This document shows positions 28,662 to 41,661 of a stretch of DNA of 64,000 nucleotides, piece after piece. The notes under the pieces are model-generated. The model made no database searches and was not told the origin of the DNA. It was given only the letters and a program-made list of their open reading frames with translations. This DNA is from Candidatus Sulfotelmatobacter sp. GTDB lineage: Bacteria; Acidobacteriota; Terriglobia; Terriglobales; Acidobacteriaceae. The translations under genes were made by a program, and so were the position numbers. Location of the stretch: positions 4,004 through 68,003 of the forward strand of contig DATDGM010000140.1 in NCBI GenBank assembly GCA_036522075.1, in the 5' to 3' direction. Within the stretch, counting starts at the first letter, position 1. The number at the start of each line of letters is the position of its first letter.

Positions 28662-29486
28662 ATGCGTCGCATACAGTTCATCGAACTCCATGAGCAACCC
28701 TGGTTCCCGTCATCGCTTCGAGATGACGTTACGGATGCGGTTCAGTTTGGCTTCAACCTCCTGCAGGCCTACGCGCCCATCGCCCCGCTGCTGCAAAACG
28801 TGATTGACTCCACGAGGAACGGGACAAACGCCGGCCGATCGATTATCGATATGTGTTCTGGCGGAGGCGGTCCGTGGCCGGATCTTTCTCGAAAGCTGCG
28901 ATGCCGGGACGACGGAGGGGATTCCGCGGGCCTGCAGGTTTGGCTCACCGATAAATATCCGAATCTCGAGGCTTTCCAAAGTGTTAGCGCGTCTTCTGAC
29001 CACCACATTACCTTCTATCCGGAGTCGGTTGACGCGATGAAGGTTCCGGGCGCACTGAAGGGGCTGCGTACCATGTTTACGTCGTTCCATCATTTTTCGC
29101 CGGAGGATGCTCGCGCCATTCTGCAGGATGCCGTCGATGCTGGCGAAAGCGTCGGCATTTTCGAGATCACCAGGCGCTCTCCGTCAACAATCGGAGTTAT
29201 TTTCGTCGGCATTCTCCTGATGTTTTTGCATACTCCCAGGATCCGTCCCTTCCGCTGGACGCGATTGCTGTGGACATATTTGATTCCGATCATTCCCTTG
29301 GTCCTGCTATTCGATGGAGTGGTGTCTTGCCTGCGCACCTATCGTCCACAGGAACTGCGTGAGATCGTAGAAAAACTGACCTCTTGCCAATACCAATGGG
29401 AGATCGGTGAGCTAGCCACTGGAAGGGTGCCAATTACCTATCTGATCGGATACCCCGGCGCATCGTCCTACGAATTAAGCCGATAA
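28662..29486 (+). CDS. Putative SAM-dependent methyltransferase with C-terminal membrane helices
   Basis: 274-aa ORF. IIDMCSGGGGPW resembles SAM-binding motif I. The C-terminus has hydrophobic helices (IGVIFVGILLMFL, LLWTYLIPIIPLVLLFDGVV). Confidence 0.65.
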   Translation: MRRIQFIELHEQPWFPSSLRDDVTDAVQFGFNLLQAYAPIAPLLQNVIDSTRNGTNAGRSIIDMCSGGGGPWPDLSRKLRCRDDGGDSAGLQVWLTDKYPNLEAFQSVSASSDHHITFYPESVDAMKVPGALKGLRTMFTSFHHFSPEDARAILQDAVDAGESVGIFEITRRSPSTIGVIFVGILLMFLHTPRIRPFRWTRLLWTYLIPIIPLVLLFDGVVSCLRTYRPQELREIVEKLTSCQYQWEIGELATGRVPITYLIGYPGASSYELSR

Positions 29487-29743
29487 CATTCATTCAAAAA
29501 CAACAGAGTCGGCATCGGGGCTCATTTCTCGAAGGTGCGAAAACTCAGGCGCATACGATCATTCTCCGCTACTTATTCACGATTTTGAAATCGCGGGCGA
29601 TGTTATTGCGGGCGATCATCGCCTTTGCTTTCTTGGCTTTAGTTGTCATGACACACTCGTATGCCCGCTTCCGTGATGACGTTATGTTCCTACAGGAACA
29701 TTACGCTCCGGCCGAAAACTTACGATGCGCGAAACAAACCTGC

Positions 29744-30808
29744 TCACCGAGCTAACCCTAGAGTGGAAACCAAACCCAGAAATGCGCGGCTCGCCCACCC
29801 CACCGGATCGAGCAACACTGTGCGCCGCTCCAGCATGGCGGCAACCGGCTGTCCCTTATAGCTGGCGATTTGCCGGTAGCGCGAGATGAAAAACAGCACG
29901 CGCAAAAAAAGTTTCCATTTGAGCGGGGCAAAATAATCGGGCGTCACGAACGGCACCGCGTGGCCGTCTTTCACTTCGGCAATGAAGTCCTTGAAAGTTG
30001 CCGCGCGGGAAAGAGAGGTAACGGAACTGGCGACCAGCAGATGGCTGTCTCCTCCGCCGACCACCGGTTTGCGCCACTGGCGGGCAAGTTCCAGGACGCG
30101 ATCGTTCTCCTCTCGTGGCCGCATCCCGTTTACTTCCAATGCATGAATCGCCCAGCCGTAGCGGGAGAGCAGCTCCGTCACCGGAATCGCGTCCACTTTC
30201 GGTTCCCAGGCTACAAGAGGATGGTTCAAGACGACCAGGCAGCCGCTCGCGGCGAGGGTTTCAAACAATTCGTCGTAGCGTCCACCCCGCGCAGCCGCTT
30301 GCATTCGAGAGTGCGTTTCCTCGACTTCACTCTCAGGCAGGCCACTTACTCCCAGGTGAAACAAGTGTCCCTGGAACCAGAGTGAGAGCTCCTCGCTGAC
30401 TGCGACGCGGCCATCCAGATCGGGCCGGCTGCGTAGCAGAGCGAGGCTGCCGGCAAATTCGTCGTGATCGGTAATGGCCAGGTGGACCCCATCGAAGCCC
30501 CAATTGGCCGCCGCCGCTGCCTCCATCTGATAAACCTCTTCGGGGGTATAAGGAGGATTGAACGTTATCTCTGCGTAATTCAGATCAGACACACCGCCCA
30601 GGCCAAACGCCCTTTGCAAAATGCTACTAAGAGGACGCATGTAAGCCAGCTTGACCACCTGGTTTAATGCCGCCAGCTTCTCCACGGAGTGGCAGGAGTG
30701 GTTGTGCAGGGAAACCGAGTAGCCGAACTCGCGGTCCGGGTGGGGACACTCGCGGTAGGTATAGTTCTCGATCTTCCAGGCTGACCGGCGTCTCATTCCA
30801 GCGTTCAC
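29744..30808 (-). CDS. PHP-family metal-dependent phosphoesterase
   Basis: 354-aa ORF with PHP-type His/Asp motifs: SLHNHSCHS, LAITDHDE, VVLNHP and GGGDSHL. Confidence 0.8.
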   Translation of the reverse strand: MNAGMRRRSAWKIENYTYRECPHPDREFGYSVSLHNHSCHSVEKLAALNQVVKLAYMRPLSSILQRAFGLGGVSDLNYAEITFNPPYTPEEVYQMEAAAAANWGFDGVHLAITDHDEFAGSLALLRSRPDLDGRVAVSEELSLWFQGHLFHLGVSGLPESEVEETHSRMQAAARGGRYDELFETLAASGCLVVLNHPLVAWEPKVDAIPVTELLSRYGWAIHALEVNGMRPREENDRVLELARQWRKPVVGGGDSHLLVASSVTSLSRAATFKDFIAEVKDGHAVPFVTPDYFAPLKWKLFLRVLFFISRYRQIASYKGQPVAAMLERRTVLLDPVGWASRAFLGLVSTLGLAR

Positions 30809-31011
30809 GGGGAATGCGTCAGTGTAATTTCACTCCGCGACACCCGGCAAGAGAAGTTGTCGCATAAGAATGTGATCTAATACTCTTCGACGACTGGGCA
30901 GGCGGTTGGACCTGCCTGGTGTGATCTAGCGGCCATCAATATGAATGGCGCCAAGTTGATCTGGGAACCGACTGCAGCCGTCCAGGCGGAACTCAACGAA
31001 GGAGAACTTGG

Positions 31012-31452
31012 ATGAAGCGGCTGAACATCACGGCGACACTATTGCTGCTCTGTATTTCCTTCGCAATTCCTGTTACCGCCGCCAAGGTGGAGGTAGAAGG
31101 CAAGGCATGGCTTGAGGCCCAGAAAGATTCCGCTGCCATCAACGTGAACGGCGCATGGGACTCGGACGAATGGGGTGATTTCCATCTTCTACAGGCCGAG
31201 GGAAGCCGGGACGTGAACGGCAACGGCGGGGGATATGATGTTACAGGTGTAGTCAGCGGCAAGCGTCTATTCATGCTTTTCTCCACCAACCACACTGTAG
31301 AATATTGCGCTACCCTCAGTCCTAACGGCGAAAACAGCTTGATCGGGACCTACTCAAACCGAAAGTCGCGGCTGCACTCCGGCCTTTGCCAGGAGAAGAC
31401 CAGGCCGATGAACATGACGAAGAAAAACAGCGCGCCGGGCCCCGCTCGATAG
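31012..31452 (+). CDS. Hypothetical small secreted protein
   Basis: 146-aa ORF preceded by GGAGAA. It has a signal peptide (MKRLNITATLLLLCISFAIPVTAAKV). I recognise no domain. Confidence 0.55.
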   Translation: MKRLNITATLLLLCISFAIPVTAAKVEVEGKAWLEAQKDSAAINVNGAWDSDEWGDFHLLQAEGSRDVNGNGGGYDVTGVVSGKRLFMLFSTNHTVEYCATLSPNGENSLIGTYSNRKSRLHSGLCQEKTRPMNMTKKNSAPGPAR

Positions 31453-31568
31453 AGGTTCTAAGGGAAACAGGGACGACGATCGGGTGGATATCTTGGGCGT
31501 TCTTCAAAATCGTTGGTTCCAGCAAGTAGACGACAGAGTGGCCGGCTCAACACGGAGCGTCAAGGCAA

Positions 31569-33668
<2,100 letters not shown>

Positions 33669-33676
33669 GTTGATCA

Positions 33677-33811
33677 GGATTTTCGGTAGTGGTGCAGTTT
33701 GGCTTACGCGCCAGGCCAGCTAAGCGGGAGATCCTTCACTTCGCCTGAAAAACGGCTCCGTTCAGGATGACACCGCAAATAAAAACCCAACTGAACCACT
33801 ACCGGATTTCC
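33677..33811. repeat. REP/MITE-like intergenic element: ~26-nt imperfect inverted repeats around an 83-nt spacer
   Basis: GGATTTTCGGTAGTGGTGCAGTTTGG (33677-33702) pairs with CCCAACTGAACCACTACCGGATTTCC (33786-33811), matching at 22 of 26 positions as reverse complements. The same arm motif (GGAAAT.CCGGTAGTGGTTCAG) recurs at 53560-53609. Confidence 0.7.
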
Positions 33812-33868
33812 ATCTCAGTCCGTGGCACCATCGCGCATGCTAGTCTGTAGCATTATGACGATGGCCGG

Positions 33869-34035
33869 GCGTGCTCCAAGATGCCGGTACGAGACACGGC
33901 GCGTGTCTGGTTCCGGTCCCCGGCATTTCGCTTTCTACCCGCGGGATATGGTCCCGCGATTCAGATTGCTATGCGCTCTGCTTGCGTTTTCGATTTTTCC
34001 GGGAGCGCTGGCCGCCCAATCCGACGATCTGCTGA
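33869..34035 (+). repeat. Copy B of the ~170-bp direct duplication (GT2 3'-end remnant plus start of the intact LolA-like gene)
   Basis: See copy A. In one frame copy B reads MPVRDTARVWFRSPAFRFLPA, mirroring the GT2 C-terminus MKPVRDTVRVCLWSLAFRFLGA. It then runs into the true LolA-like start at 33948. Confidence 0.8.
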
Positions 34036-34577
34036 ACCGAGTTTGGGAGGGCGTGCAGCAGGCGCAGAGAAAATACACGAGCAGCTGCGGGACTATTACG
34101 GAAACCCGCATGTCTAGCCTGATGGTGAAACCTCTGGTGCTCCGTGGCAAGTTTTGCTCCGAAGGCACCACCCGATTCGCGCTGGACTACTTCGAACCGT
34201 CGAGCATGCGCATACGCTTCAACGAGAACTACCTGAACGTTACGACTGGCGGCAAGACCGAAGTGATGGAAATCGGAAGAAACGTTCGCCGGGCGCAGTC
34301 TTATTTCGGCCGGGAGAGCTCCCTCGGGAACCTGAAAAAAAACTTCACGATCACCGTGCAAGAAGACAGCCGGGATTACCAAATGAAGCTGGTTCCGCGG
34401 TCGGATACTTTCCGCCGCAGGCTGAATTACCTGGTCGTGAAGCTGGACAAAGGAGACTTCTTTCCTCGGTCGCTGGAGGTGGACGGCAAGAGCGGCGTCA
34501 ACAGTGTATTCGTCATCGACGTGAGCTCGCTGAATCCGAAGATTCCGGCGGATAAGTTTGAGGTATATAAACCGTAG
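33948..34577 (+). CDS. LolA-like outer-membrane lipoprotein-carrier fold protein (ApeM-like)
   Basis: I prefer the internal ATG at 33948 (MVPRFRLLCALLAFSIFPGALAAQ is a signal peptide) within ORF 33822..34577. The body and the C-terminal ...NPKIPADKFEVYKP resemble LolA-family proteins. Confidence 0.8.
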   Translation: MVPRFRLLCALLAFSIFPGALAAQSDDLLNRVWEGVQQAQRKYTSSCGTITETRMSSLMVKPLVLRGKFCSEGTTRFALDYFEPSSMRIRFNENYLNVTTGGKTEVMEIGRNVRRAQSYFGRESSLGNLKKNFTITVQEDSRDYQMKLVPRSDTFRRRLNYLVVKLDKGDFFPRSLEVDGKSGVNSVFVIDVSSLNPKIPADKFEVYKP

Positions 34578-35026
34578 TGATCAAGCCCAGGGTGATTGAG
34601 CGGAGTGAAATCGAGACGCTGATTCCCCATCGCCCTCCGTTCTTGTGGATCGACCGTGTCGAAGAACTGGAGCCGGGAGTTCGTTGTGTTGCGGTGAAGT
34701 TTGTCGATCCGGCGAACCCGATTTTTGCCGGGCATTTTCCTGCCAAGCCCATTCTGCCGGGGGTTCTTCTGATCGAAGCGGTGGCCCAGACCGCTGGAGT
34801 AATGCTGGGATCATCCGCGCCGCAGGTGACTGCGGGAAGCGGGGGAGGAGTAGCCCTGCTCGCGGCCGTGAACCGCTTCAAGTTTCTCAAGCCCGTGACT
34901 CCGGGGCAAACACTTCGCGTTGAAACCAAAAAGCTAACCGAGGCTGGCCAATTGGTATGCATCGGCGGCACGGTGTGGGTAGACGGCGAGGTGGTAGCGA
35001 AGGGCGAGTTGTCGGTGTCGGCTTGA
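34577..35026 (+). CDS. FabZ/FabA-like 3-hydroxyacyl-ACP dehydratase (hot-dog fold)
   Basis: 149-aa ORF with a GTG start overlapping the previous stop by 1 nt. HRPPFLWIDRV...FAGHFPAKPILPGVLLIEAVAQ carries the catalytic His and Glu context. Confidence 0.9.
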   Translation: MIKPRVIERSEIETLIPHRPPFLWIDRVEELEPGVRCVAVKFVDPANPIFAGHFPAKPILPGVLLIEAVAQTAGVMLGSSAPQVTAGSGGGVALLAAVNRFKFLKPVTPGQTLRVETKKLTEAGQLVCIGGTVWVDGEVVAKGELSVSA

Positions 35027-35094
35027 TGGACGAGCGGTGAGCGGGCCTACGATGGAAAGCGCCACCCGATGATCCGAACATTTCAACCACGCGT

Positions 35095-37704
35095 GTGGGC
35101 GTTCGCATGATGACCCGTTGCATGCGCTGGGTGGGCGGCCTGGTGGTAGGCCATCCGGGGTTGGTTACAGCCCTGAGCCTGGTCGTTACCTTATTGTTGT
35201 ATGCGAACATCCACAACCTGCGAACCGGCACCGACCTGACCGATTTGTTTGGGAATCGCGACCCACAATGGCGAGCCGCGAGCCAGATCGGCAAAGAACT
35301 GGGTTATGGCAATCAGCTCTTCGTGCTGATCGAGGCTCCGGCGGGTCGAACGGAAAATGAAACGGACGTCACCGGCCAAATGGAAGACATGGCCGACCGT
35401 CTGACCGCCGACATGCAAGCCAGCGGGCTGTTCCTGGATGCGCGCTGCGGCTTGCAGGACGAAGAACTGCTCAACATGGTGCGGTTCTTTACCTGGAACT
35501 TTCCGTCATTCGCGCTGCCCGAGCAAACCGAAGATTTGAAGCGGCGGCTGGATCCGCGACAGATTCATCAAAGCGTTCGCCGCGCGGGAAGCGAACTGGT
35601 CACTCCATTCTCATCATTGGGAACCAATTACTTCGTCGCCGATCCTTTGGGCCTGATGGAAGTGGAGGGAAACCGCCAGGGATTTTCGCAGTTTGCCAAA
35701 TTCGACCTCAACTGGGGGTCTGGAAACCGGTTCTTCAGTAAAGATCACAAGGCGCTGCTCATCATTGCCGAACCTCGCCAGTCGGCTATGGATTACAAGT
35801 TCGCCGAGCAAGTGATGCGGTGGACGCGGGAGCACATCCAGTCGATGACGGCGCAACCCGACTTGCGAGACTCCGGAGTGCGGGCGATTGCAGCGGGGGC
35901 TTACGTTTACGCGGAGCAGGAGCACAAGCTCATCGAAACAAATATCCGCCGAATTTCCCTCATTTCCATCGTGGGAAATCTGCTGTTGTGCCTGCTGATC
36001 TATCCGAGGATTCCACTCCTGCTTTTATCGCTGCTGCCCGCCAGCCTGGGCATTGTTTGGACTACGGGCGTAGCCAGTTTCTATCCGGGAGAAGTAAATC
36101 TGATCAGCCTGTCTTTTATTGCGATCCTGGCGGGGCTGGGCGACGACCAGGTCGTACATTTCTTCAACCGGGTTCCGCAGGAGTGGGCCAAGGATGAATT
36201 CACGAATGAGCGCACGCTGAATGATGCGGTGCTACGCACCTACGAAACCACCGGGCTTAGCGTTGTCCTCTGCATAGTAACGGCGGCCACCGCAACCGCC
36301 TCACTGGCCACCGCCAGTTTCAAGGGACTGGCGGAGTTCGGGTTCATCCTGACGGTGGGAATGTTCATGATGATGGTCCATACGCTGCTGACGGTTCCGG
36401 CGCTGATGCGGCTGTGGTGGCGAGTTTCGAAGCCGCGCGCGCCGCAGACCATTACCTTCCGGTTGCTTCCCTGGGTGGCGCAGAAATCGGTTGATTTTGT
36501 GGGCCGGCACGCCCGCCTTGTAGTCGGCTTGGGCTGCGGAATGTTCCTGCTGTCATTAATGTTTCTGCCGGCCATCAAAATGGGAAAGCACTTCGAGATC
36601 GCTGGCGCCGATAACCCTGCCGTGGCGGCGCAGAACCTGCTTTCCGCAAGGTTCGGCATCGAGGGCAGTCCGAACGTGCTCCTGATCTCCGGCGGCGAGC
36701 AGGAAGCACTGGGTAGAGCCGAAGAATTGACGGCCGGGCTGGAAGCCTATCAGCATCGCGGGGTCATCAAGTCCATCTTCTCACCGACAACGCTGCTCCC
36801 GTCAGTTCGAACACAAAGTGAACGAGCCCGTTCGTTGGCCGGCGTCAATCTGGCGGCCTCGGCTCGTGCCCTCGAGGATTCGCTGCGCGAGAATGGTTTT
36901 CGAACTGAGCAGTTCCAGCCCTTTATCGATCGGTTGCGAAAGCTAGGACAAGGGCTGGGACAAGGCGGTGATGCGATTACCCTGGAAACTGCCGCCAAGT
37001 TCCTGCCGCCAGGAGTGCTGGACAACAGCATTCGCAAGACCGGGGACGGTAGCTACGTGGCGGCCATCACCTTTTATGGTGCCGATCCCGATGCTGTCGA
37101 CGTAGTTCCGGAAAGTGTCATCCAGTCCTGGCAAAATCAATTTGGCCGGTTCGTGGAGTTCTCCTTCGACAAGATGAACCGCGACCTGCAGAGGCAAGTG
37201 CTTCATGACAGTAGCAGAGCATTAGTGTGGACGGCGGCTGGCATTCTGTTGGTTGTCTACCTTTGTTTTCGCAACCTCCGCGTGTCATTCATCGTGCTGA
37301 TCCCGATCGCATTCGGCATTGTTACAACTTTCGGCCTGCTGCTGTTGGTGAGGCACCGCTTCAGTTTCATGTCGATTACGGCGATTCCGCTCATCATCGG
37401 CATTGGCATCGACAATGGCATCCATTTGGTGCGCCGATACCAGGAGAACGAGCGGAACGAAATCCTCGCGATCGCCAAAGCTTCGGGCGCGGCGCTGATT
37501 CAATCGAACCTGACTACGATCGTTGGGTTCGGGGCGCTGATGACTTCCAGTTTCGCGCCGCTTGTGGAAATGGGCCTGGTGACTTCGTTGGGGGTCGCGC
37601 TCGCACTGGCCGGTGGCTTGTTGTTGATTCCCGCTGTTATTCTGCTTGGGGAACGGCGCCGTACAGCGACGGCCTTGCCAGCAACGAGTGCGAGCGAGGG
37701 TTGA
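35095..37704 (+). CDS. MMPL/RND-superfamily lipid exporter (ApeL-like)
   Basis: 869-aa ORF with two blocks of multiple TM helices, each preceded by a large soluble loop. This matches MMPL/HpnN-type transporters. The start may instead be ATG 35107. Confidence 0.85.
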   Translation: MGVRMMTRCMRWVGGLVVGHPGLVTALSLVVTLLLYANIHNLRTGTDLTDLFGNRDPQWRAASQIGKELGYGNQLFVLIEAPAGRTENETDVTGQMEDMADRLTADMQASGLFLDARCGLQDEELLNMVRFFTWNFPSFALPEQTEDLKRRLDPRQIHQSVRRAGSELVTPFSSLGTNYFVADPLGLMEVEGNRQGFSQFAKFDLNWGSGNRFFSKDHKALLIIAEPRQSAMDYKFAEQVMRWTREHIQSMTAQPDLRDSGVRAIAAGAYVYAEQEHKLIETNIRRISLISIVGNLLLCLLIYPRIPLLLLSLLPASLGIVWTTGVASFYPGEVNLISLSFIAILAGLGDDQVVHFFNRVPQEWAKDEFTNERTLNDAVLRTYETTGLSVVLCIVTAATATASLATASFKGLAEFGFILTVGMFMMMVHTLLTVPALMRLWWRVSKPRAPQTITFRLLPWVAQKSVDFVGRHARLVVGLGCGMFLLSLMFLPAIKMGKHFEIAGADNPAVAAQNLLSARFGIEGSPNVLLISGGEQEALGRAEELTAGLEAYQHRGVIKSIFSPTTLLPSVRTQSERARSLAGVNLAASARALEDSLRENGFRTEQFQPFIDRLRKLGQGLGQGGDAITLETAAKFLPPGVLDNSIRKTGDGSYVAAITFYGADPDAVDVVPESVIQSWQNQFGRFVEFSFDKMNRDLQRQVLHDSSRALVWTAAGILLVVYLCFRNLRVSFIVLIPIAFGIVTTFGLLLLVRHRFSFMSITAIPLIIGIGIDNGIHLVRRYQENERNEILAIAKASGAALIQSNLTTIVGFGALMTSSFAPLVEMGLVTSLGVALALAGGLLLIPAVILLGERRRTATALPATSASEG

Positions 37705-37710
37705 TTGGGA

Positions 37711-40700
37711 ATGACGGCTTCACTCAGGCTGCTCTACCGATTGGCGAGGTGCAGGCGAGTGGGGCCGATTCTGCTGCTTCTGGCCGTTCTGCTTTTACCG
37801 CTGACAGCGGAAGCCGGCCTGCCGCGAGTCGCGATCTCGATTCCGACGGACCAGAACCTTGCCGTGGGATTGAAAGCCGCCGAGCAGTGTAACGTTCCGG
37901 AAAAATTGATCGTGCTGCCACCGCTGTCTTTCGATTTCGCGGGCGGGGAAAGCTCCGCCAGCATTCTTGAAGAGCCAGCCGTGCAGAGCGTGCCCGAAGG
38001 TGTCGAGATCTGGCTGCATGTAGTGGTGGAAGCCGGTTTACTCGCTGGGGGGGAATCCGAGCAGGAAATTACCGAGCGGGTTGATGCGTTTGTGAAATCG
38101 CTGCCTCTCTCGGCGACCGCGGTGCGTGGGCTTTTGGTGGAGATTAAAGGAGCGATGGGGGCGCCCGACCTGTTCGCGTTCGGGTTGGTGCGCCTGGCAT
38201 TAGCCGCGAAGGGCGACAACGCCGGCTTGCGGCTCGCGTTTGTTTTTCAGCCTGGGTTTGTCGGAAGTCACGGCGATATTGTAAAGAGGCTTGCCGTCTA
38301 TTCCGATCTGCTGGGAACTACCTATGCCGAGGGCTGGCGCCAGGATGCTGCGTGGATTGCCGAGCGGGCGCTGAATAAACCGGTCATTCTTAAATTAGAT
38401 GCCGGAACGTCCGCGACACCCTCGCCTTTCTTGACGGCGATGCTCGCTGCCGGCGGGACCTCGGTAGAAATTGTCTGGGCGCAGCCACCCGACGGCAAGG
38501 CCGCCGCTGCTTTGTGCGCGGCAAACACCTTCATGAGCCGTTTCATCACGAGCAATATGTTTGCGGAGGATTCCGCGGCTTCCCCGTTCAGTGTCGCGGT
38601 GGAAGGCGTGGGAAACAATGAGCACCGATGGTTCAGCGGTCCCGCGGATGTGGTGATTGTGGCGCGCGTGAATGCGAGCCCCGACTCACCGAAGACGGTC
38701 AGGTTACAGAGCGCTAAGCCGGGACCATTCGAGATCCGGTGGTACGACCCCGCGACCGGCGCCGAACTCCCGGCAGGCGAAGTGACGAAGGCTGAACATG
38801 GTTTCGCGCAAACCTGCGCCTGCACCAGCGAATACGCACTGATTTCCATCCACAAACAGAGTGAGGCCGATCAGACGCTGTACAACACAGTGGAGGTTAA
38901 GAGCGGAGTCGATCTAAGGGTGGAGGAGATTATCGCTCGCTGGCAACAGAATCGCGAAGCGCAGAAGCAGAAGCTGGAAAATTATATGGCCTCCAGTTTC
39001 ATGAGCCTCCATTTTGAAGCCACCAATCTGGGGCCGGGGTTCGACTTTTCGATGCAGCTCAAGCAATTCTTTAGCCGGAACGGCCAGATGGAACTGGCGC
39101 AAAAAGAGTTTTACATTAACGGGGTGAAGTTCGGTAAGAATCATGAGTTTCCCTTGCCGCAGATCGAGCCGGAAAAAGTGCTGACCCAGCCCCTCGAATT
39201 GAAGCTCAACGAGCGCTATGACTACAAATTGCTCGGGACCGAACAGGTGGACGGGGCCATGTGCTACGTAGTGGCAGTCGAGCCCAAGGTGCAGGACGAG
39301 GCGCTTTACAGCGGCAAGATCTGGATCGACGCCAGTACTTTTCGCGAGGTGAAGCAGTACCTGAGCCAGCGCGGCGTCAAAAGTAACGTGCTGGTAAACG
39401 TGGAGACACAGAATTTTGAGCTAGTTCGCGACGACAAGGGAAATCAATTCAACTTGCTGCACTCGATTTCCGCGCAGCAGTTGTTGAACGCCGCGGGACG
39501 TGATTTTGTGGTGCAGAGAACGGTGAAGTTTTCGGACTACGTCATCAACGCTCCGAACTTCAGTAGCAGCCTCGCGGCTGAGCATAGTTCTGAGGACCCG
39601 ATGTACCGCGACACCGACCAGGGACTGCGTTCGCTGCGGAAGAAAGCCGGCGAGCGCGTTCTCGTGGACAAGAGTGTGAAGCGCATCAAGTCTCTGGTTG
39701 CGGGCGCGATGTACGGAGGCACGTTCAACTTTCCTGTTCCATTCCTCGGCGTCAGCATCGCGGATTTTGATTTTCACCACACTGGCGCGCAACTTTCAAC
39801 CTTCTTTGCCGGGCCTATCCTGATTTCTGACTTGTCCAAGCAGTTCAGGCCCAAGTTCCGCCTCGCGCTGGATTTGTCGCTGAACGGCCTGCCCGGCCAG
39901 AACCGCATTTACGGCAATAACACGGAATTGGTGCAAGGAGAGACCTGGACATGGGAGCAAACCACCGGGGTGCGCGCCTCGTGGCAAGCCGCCACTCATC
40001 TCAGCGTAACGGGCTCCACCTACTTCTCGTATGACAACTTCCTCCGGACTAACCTGGCGGACGAGGTATACGAACTGCCGCGCAACGGATTGAACATTCT
40101 TCCGGGCATCGAAATAAAATACAACCGCAAAGGTTATGTGTTCGATGCGCAGGGGACACGGGGCGAACGCATTGACTGGAGGCGGTTCGGCTGCACTTCG
40201 CTGGCCCCACCTCCGGGTGGGTGTGGGTCGTCATCCGCCAACCCGCCGCCCGAAAACGCTTTGCTGGTTCAGCGTCCGCAAAATGCGTTCACGCTCTACA
40301 ACGCCGATTTGAACAAGGACTACTACATCGGCAAGTTCACCAAGGGCGGATGGGATCTTTCTTACTGGGGCGGAGATCAACTGGATCGCTTCTCGCGTTA
40401 CTTCCCCTCGTTTCTTGCGTCGCCGCGTCTCCACGGCATTCCCCCCGGCACGGATTCATTTGACGCCATTGCCATGGCGAACGTGCACTACGGTTTCAAC
40501 GTGATGGATTTCATGAAGGTCGATGGGATGTACGCATATGCGCGCGCGCGCAATCTGGATGAGTCGCTTCAATTCCGCAAGTTTGACGGCTTGGAGGTTA
40601 ACTTCAACACCCCTGGTCCTATGGGGACGCTGGTGCAAGGCACGGTCTCCTATGCGCTGGACGGGAATCTCGCGCGCTACAACTCCCGTTGGGCCGCCTA

Positions 40701-40728
40701 TATTTTGATCTTCAAGCCGATGCACTAA
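37711..40728 (+). CDS. Large secreted protein: N-terminal unknown domain, central LolA-like lipoprotein-sorting domain, C-terminal putative beta-barrel
   Basis: ORF 37705..40728. I prefer ATG 37711, which has GAGGG 11 nt upstream and starts just after the MMPL stop. Signal peptide is [15 protein letters not shown]. The central [47 protein letters not shown] matches the LolA_like sorting-protein pattern. The C-terminal ~400 aa are rich in alternating aromatic and Gly residues. Confidence 0.8.
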   Translation: MTASLRLLYRLARCRRVGPILLLLAVLLLPLTAEAGLPRVAISIPTDQNLAVGLKAAEQCNVPEKLIVLPPLSFDFAGGESSASILEEPAVQSVPEGVEIWLHVVVEAGLLAGGESEQEITERVDAFVKSLPLSATAVRGLLVEIKGAMGAPDLFAFGLVRLALAAKGDNAGLRLAFVFQPGFVGSHGDIVKRLAVYSDLLGTTYAEGWRQDAAWIAERALNKPVILKLDAGTSATPSPFLTAMLAAGGTSVEIVWAQPPDGKAAAALCAANTFMSRFITSNMFAEDSAASPFSVAVEGVGNNEHRWFSGPADVVIVARVNASPDSPKTVRLQSAKPGPFEIRWYDPATGAELPAGEVTKAEHGFAQTCACTSEYALISIHKQSEADQTLYNTVEVKSGVDLRVEEIIARWQQNREAQKQKLENYMASSFMSLHFEATNLGPGFDFSMQLKQFFSRNGQMELAQKEFYINGVKFGKNHEFPLPQIEPEKVLTQPLELKLNERYDYKLLGTEQVDGAMCYVVAVEPKVQDEALYSGKIWIDASTFREVKQYLSQRGVKSNVLVNVETQNFELVRDDKGNQFNLLHSISAQQLLNAAGRDFVVQRTVKFSDYVINAPNFSSSLAAEHSSEDPMYRDTDQGLRSLRKKAGERVLVDKSVKRIKSLVAGAMYGGTFNFPVPFLGVSIADFDFHHTGAQLSTFFAGPILISDLSKQFRPKFRLALDLSLNGLPGQNRIYGNNTELVQGETWTWEQTTGVRASWQAATHLSVTGSTYFSYDNFLRTNLADEVYELPRNGLNILPGIEIKYNRKGYVFDAQGTRGERIDWRRFGCTSLAPPPGGCGSSSANPPPENALLVQRPQNAFTLYNADLNKDYYIGKFTKGGWDLSYWGGDQLDRFSRYFPSFLASPRLHGIPPGTDSFDAIAMANVHYGFNVMDFMKVDGMYAYARARNLDESLQFRKFDGLEVNFNTPGPMGTLVQGTVSYALDGNLARYNSRWAAYILIFKPMH

Positions 40729-40738
40729 GGCCGGAAAT

Positions 40739-41515
40739 ATGACTGAAACAAACGTGGCTAATCGCACCGGTGATGGTAGCGAAGATCGGAAGGTCGCATT
40801 AGTCACAGGCGCCTCGGGGATTATCGGCGGCGCCATCGCGCAGGCTCTGGGAAGCGCGGGGTTCCGCGTCGCCGTGCACTATCGTCACGGGAAAGAGTCC
40901 GCGGTTGCGGTGGTCGAGCGCATCGTGGCCGCGGGCGGAGAGGCTTCGGCAGTGGAAGCCGACCTCTCCCGCCAGGAGAGTGTTGCGCCTATGTTCGAGC
41001 GCATCGAACATCAATTTGGCCCAGTCGACTACCTGGTAAATAACGCGGGCATCAACCGCGATGTGCTATTGGCTTTTATGTCGGAGGAGCAGTGGGATGA
41101 AGTAATCGACACCAATCTCCGTGGCACTTATTTGTGCTCGCGGTTGGCCCTGCCGGGCATGATGCGCCGGGGGAGTGGAGCCATTTGCAATATCGTGTCA
41201 CCCGCCGGAATTCGCGGCCAGTCCGGTCAGTGCAATTACTCGGCATCCAAAGGCGGCATGATCGCGTTCACCAAGGCTCTTTCTCGCGAGGTGGGACCGT
41301 TCCACATCCGAGTAAACGCCATCTGCCCGGGTGTGATTCCGAGCCCTATGTCCGCAAAATACATTGAGAAAGAGGAGAAGCGACTGCTTTCCGAAATCCC
41401 GCTGGGGCGGTTTGGCAAGCCTGAAGAAGTGGCTCCGCTGGTAGCGTTCCTGGGGTCCGAGGAGGCAAGTTACATCACCGGACAGGTGATCTCTGTGGAT
41501 GGGGGACTGCTGTAG
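40739..41515 (+). CDS. 3-oxoacyl-ACP reductase (FabG-like SDR)
   Basis: 258-aa ORF with the cofactor motif [16 protein letters not shown] and the catalytic YSASKGG (YxxxK). Confidence 0.95.
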   Translation: MTETNVANRTGDGSEDRKVALVTGASGIIGGAIAQALGSAGFRVAVHYRHGKESAVAVVERIVAAGGEASAVEADLSRQESVAPMFERIEHQFGPVDYLVNNAGINRDVLLAFMSEEQWDEVIDTNLRGTYLCSRLALPGMMRRGSGAICNIVSPAGIRGQSGQCNYSASKGGMIAFTKALSREVGPFHIRVNAICPGVIPSPMSAKYIEKEEKRLLSEIPLGRFGKPEEVAPLVAFLGSEEASYITGQVISVDGGLL

Positions 41516-41661
41516 CTTGGGTTCTTGCGAGGGACGAAAGATCACGGTCATCAGGGAGACGAAGCCACACGAAGGGCAGCTTCCAGAGGGCCTTTCAGGA
41601 GAGTTCGTGTTGATTTCGCCGGTGAGCTTTGTGGTATTCTGGGGCGTTGCAAGTGAACGAT

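Noticed and set aside
29684-29701. Perfect palindrome ATGTTCCT-AC-AGGAACAT between the convergent methyltransferase and PHP genes, considered as a bidirectional terminator.
   Set aside because: A 2-nt loop cannot form a stable RNA hairpin and there are no flanking U-tracts. It may be a protein-binding site, but there is no supporting evidence.
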